A DNA stretch of 64,000 nt from Folioceros fuciformis (taxonomy: Eukaryota), in the NCBI GenBank assembly GCA_049999805.1, contig JBNGIO010006370.1, forward strand, positions 311,212-375,211. Reading direction: 5' to 3'. A model generated the notes under the pieces. The model ran no database searches, was not told the DNA's origin, and saw only the letters and a list, made by a program, of their open reading frames with translations. Every line of letters begins with the position of its first letter. The stretch's first letter is position 1. The position numbers and the translations under genes are program-made. Below are positions 49,076 through 57,890 of this stretch, in pieces.

Positions 49076-49570
49076 TTTCTATATGATATATAATTTCACT
49101 CTCTCTAGTTTATATATAAATATATGTATTATAATAATATTCTAGCTTTTTTGTATCATAATAATTTTAGTGTGCTTACTACATTTAAATAAAATAAAAA
49201 CTAGTTTATTTTTAGAGGAGTACATAGTTGTGCTTGAGAATAAATTTTAAGAAAAACTGGTAAATTCCACACCTAATGATGTGGACAGGCCTAATTACAC
49301 CACGACACATCGATGATCTGAAGATTGATGGAACCGTCCACAGTTGCGGCTCAAAAATCTGTCCAAAAATCAGGAGTTAATGATGTCTAAAATCCAGGCT
49401 GCCATTCCTACGACCAGATGTTTGGACATGGATGTTCGGTGTTGTGGATCTCGTTTTGGGTGTCTGTCTTCCTGAGGATGGTGTGGTCATGCACAGCAGG
49501 TGCGTAAGCATGTTGCCACGGTCTGGACTGTTTGTTGGGCGCTTTCTCTGCTGAGAACGGGCCCTGTAGG

Positions 49571-52500
49571 ATGACCAGACTATGGGAATCGGATCCATTG
49601 TGGACCCAGCAGATTGGTGTGTGTACAGGGATTCTAAGAGCAGGGCCTGCTCACCTCAGCTTTAGGAGTCAGCTGCTGGGGGGCAGTCAATTGTTGAGGT
49701 GCAGCTGCGTAAGCAATCCAGAAGTTCGACCTCCGGGAGAATGTGTGGGTGGGGAACGGTTCTCCAGCGATGGTCATCGCCAAGAGCAGGAGCTCTTGTG
49801 GCAAATGTTTTTTCTGGACCCTACCATGTGGTGGGACAACCGGCGGGATAGAAAGAGCCCCCGTTGGCCTGACTTTCGGCGGAAGGGGTCAGGCGAGGTC
49901 CTGTGGTTAAACAACATGTTCAAGCCTGCTTGGGTGGATGAGCAGCTAGTTTCTTTAGATGTTCAGATGGCTCATGGGGCCTCTCCTTCCAAGTGGAGTT
50001 CTTCGAAGAAGCCTGAGCATGGCAGGCTTGCAGGATCGGAAATGGGCGGCACAACGGCTGTGACTGTGAGCATGTTATGCCAGCAGGGTAGACTGAGGGA
50101 GGCCGTGGAAGCCCTGGATTGTCTGGCGCACACTGGCTGTCCCATTTCTGTGTCGGTGTTTTATGCTGTCCTGAAGCTGTGCACAGCGAAGAAGGATTTG
50201 GTGATGGGGCGGCGAGTTCATGACCTAACTGTGAAACTTGGGTACGAGTCAAATACATACCTGGGGAACCATATCTTGCGCATGTATGCTTGCGGGGGTA
50301 GGCTGCAGGAGGCCATGGATGTGTTCACCACGGTACGCAATCCAGATGTTTTCATGTGGTTTTCCATAATCTCCGCACATGCTAAACATGGGAAGCATCA
50401 CGAGGCCGTACAGCTATACCATGAGATGTGTAGGTCAGGAGTGAAGCCAGATGGTCACGTCTTTGTAGCTGCCCTGCAAGCTTGTGCATTAGCCACCGAC
50501 CTTGAGTCTGGCAGAAAAGTGCACTCTCATGTGTTGCACAGTAGTATTCCTCCTGACTTATTTGTTGGTGCCTGCCTGGTGGACATGTATGCAAAATGTA
50601 GCGAAATGGAACATGCGCGCAGGGTATTTGACAGCTTGGCCACCAAAAATGTGGTGGCATGGAACGCCCTAATTTCTGGCTATGCAAATCATGGGCCTGC
50701 TCAAGAGGCGCTCGTTCTGTTTGAACAAATGGAGCAGGAAGGCCTCCTTGAGCCTGACCACATCACGTTTGCTTCCCTTCTCAAGGCCTGTGCAAGCATT
50801 TGTGCCTTATCGCAGGGCAGGCAACTGCATTCCCAGATTGTGGAAAGAGGACAGCTAGACAACATAGTGCTGGGCACCTGCCTGGTGGATATGTACGCAA
50901 AATGTGGCGAACTGGAAGATGCACGCCTGGTTTTTGACAGATTGGCCAGGAAGGACGTGGTGGCGTGGAATGCCCTGATTGGCGGGTATGCACAGCAAGG
51001 TCTTGGGCACGAGGCACTTGTTTTGTATGGACAGATGGAGCAGGAGGGCCTGACTGTGCCTGACCATGTTACTTTTGCTTGTCTTCTGAAGGCCTGTGCA
51101 ACTGCGGGTGCCCTGCAGAAGGGCAGGCAACTGTTTTCGCAGATCGTTGAAAGAGGACTTCTAGATAACATACTGGTCGTCAATTGCCTGGTGCACATGT
51201 ATGCCAAATGTGGCGAACTGGAATGTGCACGCCAGATTTTTGACAGCTTGCCCACAAAGGACGTGGTGACATGGAATGCTTTGATTTCGGGGTACGCACA
51301 ACAAGGGCTCGGCCAGGAGGCGCTTGTTCTGTATGAAGTGATGGAGCAGGACGGCCTCACGTTGGCTGACGAAGTTACTTTTGCTTGCCTTCTGAGTGCC
51401 TGTGCAAGCACTGGTGCCGTGCAAAAGGGCAGGCAGCTGCACTCGCAAATCGTGGAAAGAGGACTGCTTGACAACGTAGTGTTGGGCAACTGCCTGGTGG
51501 ACATGTATGCAAAATGTGGCGAACTGAAAGATGCACACCAGGTTTTTGACGGCTTGATCAGGAAGGATGTGGTTACATGGAATGCCCTGATCGCTGGTTA
51601 TGCCCAGCAAGGGCTTGGCCAAGAGGCGCTTTTCTTGTATGATCGAATGGAGCACGAGGGCCTGGTTGTGGCTGACCAAGGTACTTTCTCTTGCCTTCTC
51701 AAGGCCTGTTCGAGTGTTGGTGCCTTACAAAAGGGCCGGCAGCTGCATTCACACATCGTGGAACGAGGACTGGTAGACAACATACTGGTTTCCAACTGCC
51801 TGGTGGACATGTACGCAAAATGCGGTGAGCTGAAGGAAGCTCGCCAGGTTTTTGATAGCTTGCCCACAAAGGATGTGGTGACATGGAACGCCTTGATAGG
51901 TGGTTGTGGTACTTGTGACGAAGGTCACCAAGCACTGGCCTGTTTTGGGGCGATGTTAGCTACTGGTACCCAGCCTGATGAAGCTACCTTTACTTGCCTT
52001 TTAGCAGCATGCAGCCACGAGGGACTTGTGCATGAGGGCCGCAAGCTCTTCCATTCCATGGTTGAACAGCATGGAGTCAAACCTACAGTCGAGCATTACA
52101 ATTGCATGATCGATCTTCTCGGGCGTGCAGGCCAGTTACACGAGGCAGAGAACGTGCTCTTGTCCTGTGAGAGCTGCCAAAGCAATGCCGTGGGGCTGAT
52201 GTCTTTGCTGAATTCCTGCAAGAGTCACGGCGATCTAGACAAGGCAGCCCGGTGTTTCGAAAGTCTCGTCAGACTGGAGCCCCAGTGTGCATCTGCATAT
52301 GTGCTTATGGCCAATGCCTACGCCGATGCAGGTAGGTGGACCGATGTAGACAGGATTGAAACACAGCGGGTGGGAGCAGGAGCTGACAAGAAACCTGCAG
52401 TGGCAACCATTGAGGTGAAGACGCAGGTCCACACATTTGTGGTGGGAGAGAGAAGAGGTGACCTTGCCCTCAAGATAGAGAGCACGAATGCCCGTCTGAA

Positions 52501-52792
52501 GGGGGAAGGAGGCCATGTACCCCAGACGAAGTTGGTGTTGAAGCCACTGCGCGAGAAGGAAAAAGAGGATGCGCTTTGTGGTCATGCTGAGAAGCTGGCT
52601 CTGGCGTTTGGTCTCTTGAACACTCCCGATGGCATACCTTTGGTGGTAACCAAGAATCTGCGCATGTGCAGTGACTGCCACAATTCCACGGAGATCATGT
52701 CGAGGGTTGAGAAGAGGGACATCGTTGTAAGAGATAGCTACCGTGTGCATCGATTTGTGGCTGGTTCTTGCACTTGCAACGGCCGACCTTGA
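49571..52792 (+). CDS. PDF-motif/PLS-PPR/DYW:KP-GRP protein, copy 2 (longest array)
   Basis: MTRLWESDPLWTQQIGVCTG leader; WWDNRRDRKSPRWPDFRRKGSGEVLWL; 306-bp periodic PLS triplets; KKPAVATIEV; HAEKLA; CSDCH; CTCNGRP. Confidence 0.94.
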   Translation: MTRLWESDPLWTQQIGVCTGILRAGPAHLSFRSQLLGGSQLLRCSCVSNPEVRPPGECVGGERFSSDGHRQEQELLWQMFFLDPTMWWDNRRDRKSPRWPDFRRKGSGEVLWLNNMFKPAWVDEQLVSLDVQMAHGASPSKWSSSKKPEHGRLAGSEMGGTTAVTVSMLCQQGRLREAVEALDCLAHTGCPISVSVFYAVLKLCTAKKDLVMGRRVHDLTVKLGYESNTYLGNHILRMYACGGRLQEAMDVFTTVRNPDVFMWFSIISAHAKHGKHHEAVQLYHEMCRSGVKPDGHVFVAALQACALATDLESGRKVHSHVLHSSIPPDLFVGACLVDMYAKCSEMEHARRVFDSLATKNVVAWNALISGYANHGPAQEALVLFEQMEQEGLLEPDHITFASLLKACASICALSQGRQLHSQIVERGQLDNIVLGTCLVDMYAKCGELEDARLVFDRLARKDVVAWNALIGGYAQQGLGHEALVLYGQMEQEGLTVPDHVTFACLLKACATAGALQKGRQLFSQIVERGLLDNILVVNCLVHMYAKCGELECARQIFDSLPTKDVVTWNALISGYAQQGLGQEALVLYEVMEQDGLTLADEVTFACLLSACASTGAVQKGRQLHSQIVERGLLDNVVLGNCLVDMYAKCGELKDAHQVFDGLIRKDVVTWNALIAGYAQQGLGQEALFLYDRMEHEGLVVADQGTFSCLLKACSSVGALQKGRQLHSHIVERGLVDNILVSNCLVDMYAKCGELKEARQVFDSLPTKDVVTWNALIGGCGTCDEGHQALACFGAMLATGTQPDEATFTCLLAACSHEGLVHEGRKLFHSMVEQHGVKPTVEHYNCMIDLLGRAGQLHEAENVLLSCESCQSNAVGLMSLLNSCKSHGDLDKAARCFESLVRLEPQCASAYVLMANAYADAGRWTDVDRIETQRVGAGADKKPAVATIEVKTQVHTFVVGERRGDLALKIESTNARLKGEGGHVPQTKLVLKPLREKEKEDALCGHAEKLALAFGLLNTPDGIPLVVTKNLRMCSDCHNSTEIMSRVEKRDIVVRDSYRVHRFVAGSCTCNGRP

Positions 52793-53984
52793 TCAATGCA
52801 TGAATGCAGCAGGCAGGCCACCCAATGCTGGCAAGAGTTCGCGCCTGCCATTGCAGACTGATGTCGTTATAATTCCACCATTAATAAAGTGGTCGTTCAA
52901 GCTCTGATTGTCAGAATTGGGAATGGGGGAGATGGGACCATGACTTCAACAATACAGTCCACCTTCCCTAAATGTTACCTGTTTGGAGTAGGGCACCTGT
53001 TTGGAGTAGGGCACGGGGTAACATCTAGAGAGTAACAATTAGAGAATTCAAGTATTTATCAAAAATACAATATTTCAATTTTATTTAAAATAGGGTTATT
53101 TAAAAATATATTATATATTATTAAATATATAATATAAACATATAAACATAATACATTAAAAAAAAGAACTTCAAATTGGCCTCAAAAAATGGGTTATTTT
53201 TACTTGTTTAAAGAGGACCTAACTTGCTGTAAAACTTCTTTCTCAATTTGATGCAAATTCTTAATTGTAGATGTCATATCATTTGATTGTTGCTCCATAA
53301 ATATACTATCGTTCCCAAGTACATCTTCATTTGAGCATAACCCAAAATAGGCCTTTTTTATAATATTCTTTAGAAGAATTTTCAACATGGACAACTTCAT
53401 TTTGAAGTAGAGGTTGAACAGAAGCCTATATATCATCTGCATTCGCAGTAGAAAAAATAGCACATGCATTTATCACCGCATAATCAACAAATTCTTGTAA
53501 GACATAGTGGGGTCAATCTTATTGTTTCAAGTTCTAAATCTCTCAGTTGACAAAGAAGCATTTCTATTTCTACGTAATTTCTATTAAACAAATCTTCACT
53601 GTATTGCTTGGTGGACATGCTATTGCTCATCATCATTGTCAGCATTCTGTATCTAAAACTAAGTTGATTGTCAGCATTCTATATTTAAAACTAAGACGTG
53701 TTACCACTTTGTCTCTTAAGACTCTCAAGTCTTTCCAGTGTATATTCGACATGCTACCACTTGCTCTCTCTACCCATAACCTGGAATGTTTCCAACAATT
53801 TCGAATGATTTTCTCTTTTACATGATTTTCTCTTTCGAATGATTTTTTCTTTAACATCAATACGCCAAGCTCTTCATGGCATTGNNNNNNNNNNNNNNNN
53901 NNNNNNNNNNNNNNNNNNNNNNNNNNNNNNNNNNNNNNNNNNNNNNNNNNNNNNNNNNNNNNNNNNNNNNNNNNNNNNNNNNNN

Positions 53985-54116
53985 ATTTAGATATCTAAAA
54001 TAATATTATTTTAAATATTATATATAATTTTCACAGTATAAAATTGAACTATTTAGATATCTAAAATAATATTATTTTAAATATTATATATAATTTTCAT
54101 AGTATAAAATTGAATT
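53985..54116. repeat. 66-bp AT-rich tandem duplication next to an N gap
   Basis: atttagatatctaaaataatattattttaaatattatatataattttca.agtataaaattgaa, two copies. May be an assembly artefact. Confidence 0.75.
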
Positions 54117-54256
54117 ATAATAGTTGGGAATGATTATTTTCATAAAATAAGTAATATATAATATTTATAGAAAAATAATATTTAACCTTACTTCCCAACT
54201 AATGAGTACTCTGTATTCCCCCAACTACGAGTACTCTGTAATATTTACAAGGTAGA

Positions 54257-54442
54257 GAGGGTCGACTATAGCATCTGTCTTCACACATTTAGGGAGGTCA
54301 CATTTAAAGAGGGTCGCCTGAAGCATCCGCCTTCACACATTTAGGGAGGTTCCATTTAAAGAGGGTCGCCTGAAGCATCCGCCTTCACACATTTAGGGAG
54401 GTCACATTTAAAGAGGGTCGCCTGTAGCATCCGCCCTCACAC
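54257..54442. repeat. 52-bp tandem repeat, about 3.5 copies
   Basis: gagggtcgcctgaagcatccgccttcacacatttagggaggtcacatttaaa starts at 54257, 54309, 54361 and 54413. Confidence 0.92.
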
Positions 54443-54768
54443 CTGAACTGCACATCTCACGGTGCAGTCGAATGGCGACACGAGGGTTTCCAATGCTTGG
54501 CATTCATGAGATTGCCCTAACGACGGTCATCGTTGGAGGATCGTTCCTCACCCTCAGATTTCCTCATTAGCGGCAGGGAGCTACAGATGACTTTCCATTA
54601 CACAGACAGAGCTGCTATTGAAATGAGTGTTTGCTTGTGTGCCTGCATTTGTGTGATGTGTGGAGCCGTGCTCGAGCTTGGAGCTATGCGCTTGTTCTAT
54701 GCGATGGGAGACAGTGTAATGTGATCTGTACCTATGTTGTTCTTTGACCTCCGAAATATGGAGTCTTT

Positions 54769-57384
54769 TCACGGTCGACCATTACAGCTGCAACAACCAT
54801 CTGCAAACCGATGCACACGGTACCCATCCCTTACAACAATGTCTCTGTGCTCAACCCTTGACATGATCTCCGTGGAACTATGGCAGTCGCTGCACATGCG
54901 CAGATTCTTCGTCACCACTAGAGGTATCCCACTCGGAGTGTTCAAGAGACCAAACGCCAATGCTAGCTTCTCAGCGTGCCCACAAAGTGCATCTTCCTTT
55001 TCCTTCTCACCCAGTGGCTTTAACACCAACTTTGTATGAGGTACATGGCCCCCTTCCTCTTTCAGACGGGCATTCGTGCTCTCTACCTTCAGGGCAAGAT
55101 CATCTCTTCGTTCTCCCACCACGAATGTATGCACCTGCTTCTTCACCTCGATGGTTGCCATAGCAGGTTTCTTGTTAGCCCCTGCTACCACCCTTTGTGA
55201 TTCAATCCTGTCTACATCGGTCCACCTACCTGCGTCTGCATAGGCATTGGCCATGAGCACATATCCAGATGCACACTGAGGCTCCAGTCTAACGAGACTT
55301 TCAAAACAACGGGCCGCCCTGTCCAAATCCCCGTGATTCTTGCAGGCATTCAGCAAAGACGTCAACCCCACAGTATTGCTTTGGCTCTCACACGACAAGA
55401 GCATGTTCTCTGCCTCATCCAACTGGCCGGCACGCCCAAGAAGATCGATCATGCAGTTGTAATGCTCGACAGTGGGTTTGATGCCATGCTGTTCAGCCAT
55501 GGAATCAAAGTGTTTGCTACCCTCCCGGACGAGTCCCCCATGACTGCATGCTGCTAGAAGGCAGGTGAAAGTAGCCTCATCAGGCTGAATACCAGCAGCT
55601 AACATCTCCTCAAAACAAGCCAGTGCCTTGTGTCCGTCGTCACAAGTACCACACCCAGCTATCAGGGCATTCCAGGTCACCACATCCTTTGTGGACAGGC
55701 TGTCAAAAACTCGGCGTGCCTGCTTCAGCTCGCCACATTTTGCATACATGTCCACAAGGCCATTGCAAACCAATACATTATCTAGCAGCCCCCGTTCCAC
55801 AATTTGTAAATGCAGCTGCCGTCCCTGCTGCAAGGCACCGACGCTTGCACAGGCCTTGAGAAGGCACGCGAAAGTAACATGGTTGGGCAAAACTAGGCCA
55901 TCTTTCTCCATCTGTCCATACAGAGAAAGCGCCTCTTGACCGAGTCCTTGCTCTGTACACCCAGCTATCAGGGCATTCCATGTCACCACGTCCTTTGTAG
56001 CCAAGCTGTCAAAAACCTGGCGTGCATCTTTCATTTCCCCACATTTTGCGTACATGTCCACCAGACAATTGCCCAACACTACGTCACCCATCATTCCTCT
56101 TTCCACAATCTGTGAATGCAAGTGCCTGCCCTTCTGTAGGGCGCTGGTGCTTGCACAAGCCTTCAGAAGGCAGGCGAAAGTAACTTGGTCAGCCACAAGC
56201 AGGCCCTGTTCCTGCATTTGTTCATACAGACCAAGAGCCTGATGACCGCGACCATGATTCGCATAACCAGCAATCAGGGCCGTCCATGTCACCACATCCT
56301 TCGTGACCAAGCTGTCAAAAACCTGGCGTGCATCTCTCAGGTCTCCGCATTTCGCATACATGTCCACCAAGCAGTTTCCAACAATCAAGTTTGGAGGAAT
56401 CCTACTATGCAAAACATCACTGTGCACTTTCCTGCCAGCTTCCAGATCCGCGGCAAATGCACAAGCTTGAAGGGCAGCTACAAAGACGTGCGCATCCGCC
56501 TTCACCCCTGACCCACACATCTCACTGTACAGTTGTATGGCCTCGGTCGGCTTCCCATGTTGTGCATACGCGGAGATCATGGAACCCCACATGAAAGCAT
56601 CTGGTTTGCCAACCCTGGTGAACACATCCATAGCCTCCTGTACCCTACCTCCACATGCGTACATGCGCAAGAGATGGTTGCCCAAGTATGCATTCGACTC
56701 ATGCCCAAGTTGGACAGTGAGATCATGAACTCGTCGTCCCAAAACTAAATCCTTCTTCGCTGTACACAGTTTGAGCACGGCATAAAACAGAGTCGGGGAA
56801 ATGGGGCAGTCTGTCTGCGCTAGACATTCCAGGGCTCCAACAGCCTCAGCAAGCTTCCCCTGCTTACAGAACGTACTCACTGTCACAACGGTCACAATGC
56901 CTGATCCTGCAGATCTGCCAGGATCACGATTATCCGTAGGGCTCAAGTTGGAAGGAGAGGCACCATGACCCATCTGCACATCCAAAGAAACAAGCTGCTC
57001 ATCCACCCAAGCTGGCTTGAACATGCTGTTTAACCAGAGGACCTCACCGCCGGATCCCTTGCGCCGGAAGTCAGGAGAACGAGAGCTCTTCTTATCTCGC
57101 CTGTTGTCCCACCACATTGCAGGGTTCAGAAAAAGTTGTTGCCACAAGAGCTCTTGCTCCTGCTCCTGCTCCTGGCGACGATAATCGTTGGTAAATCCGT
57201 CCCCAGCTACGCTTTCTCTTGGAAGTGGAACTGCTGGGCTCCTTCCACTGGTGCACATTGAAGCTTGGTTACTTGCCAGACGTAGGCACCCAATCATGAG
57301 GTGAGGCGGAGCTCCTCGAAGAATCCCTGAACACACACCAATCTGTTGGGTGCGCACCGGGTCCGGTTGCCATATTGTGCCCAT
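54769..57384 (-). CDS. PDF-motif/PLS-PPR/DYW:KP-GRP protein, copy 3
   Basis: MGTIWQPDPVRTQQIGVCSG; LWQQLFLNPAMWWDNRRDKKSSRSPDFRRKG; PLS array; KKPAMATIEV; HAEKLA; CSCNGRP. Confidence 0.94.
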   Translation of the reverse strand: MGTIWQPDPVRTQQIGVCSGILRGAPPHLMIGCLRLASNQASMCTSGRSPAVPLPRESVAGDGFTNDYRRQEQEQEQELLWQQLFLNPAMWWDNRRDKKSSRSPDFRRKGSGGEVLWLNSMFKPAWVDEQLVSLDVQMGHGASPSNLSPTDNRDPGRSAGSGIVTVVTVSTFCKQGKLAEAVGALECLAQTDCPISPTLFYAVLKLCTAKKDLVLGRRVHDLTVQLGHESNAYLGNHLLRMYACGGRVQEAMDVFTRVGKPDAFMWGSMISAYAQHGKPTEAIQLYSEMCGSGVKADAHVFVAALQACAFAADLEAGRKVHSDVLHSRIPPNLIVGNCLVDMYAKCGDLRDARQVFDSLVTKDVVTWTALIAGYANHGRGHQALGLYEQMQEQGLLVADQVTFACLLKACASTSALQKGRHLHSQIVERGMMGDVVLGNCLVDMYAKCGEMKDARQVFDSLATKDVVTWNALIAGCTEQGLGQEALSLYGQMEKDGLVLPNHVTFACLLKACASVGALQQGRQLHLQIVERGLLDNVLVCNGLVDMYAKCGELKQARRVFDSLSTKDVVTWNALIAGCGTCDDGHKALACFEEMLAAGIQPDEATFTCLLAACSHGGLVREGSKHFDSMAEQHGIKPTVEHYNCMIDLLGRAGQLDEAENMLLSCESQSNTVGLTSLLNACKNHGDLDRAARCFESLVRLEPQCASGYVLMANAYADAGRWTDVDRIESQRVVAGANKKPAMATIEVKKQVHTFVVGERRDDLALKVESTNARLKEEGGHVPHTKLVLKPLGEKEKEDALCGHAEKLALAFGLLNTPSGIPLVVTKNLRMCSDCHSSTEIMSRVEHRDIVVRDGYRVHRFADGCCSCNGRP

Positions 57385-57890
57385 CGTTCAGGCACCGCTG
57401 TGAGAAAAAGCGAGGTGCACGAAAAATAATGGCAGGATGCCTGGGTACTTCACACGAGCACACCACCCTGACGGTCCACACTGCAGACGGTGTTTCATCA
57501 GAAGGCCGCAAGACATCGGCGTGACAACTCCAGAGTTGCACGGGGGAGAATTTTTTGCGGCCGTGTGCTGTCCATCGTGTATGGAATACCTTTCTCGTCA
57601 ACTTTTTGTGGCGTGAGAACTTGTGTCATCTTGATACATGCACCGATAAGGCCTTCTGCGGGAGGGTCACCTGAGCATCGGGTAGGTGGAGAAGCAACTC
57701 GGGAAGTTATTGCTAGCATCGTAGCAACCGCATGGCATTGGGCGGTGTGGGAGAGACTTGCGGAACGGTTGAGAACAAGAACGGAACTTGTGCCGAACGA
57801 GTGCTTGAAGTGCGTATGCCTCAGTCTGGATGATAATAAGTAGCATGGCGTGGATACTTGCTTCGGAGTGGGGAAAGCGTTGCCTGTAAC

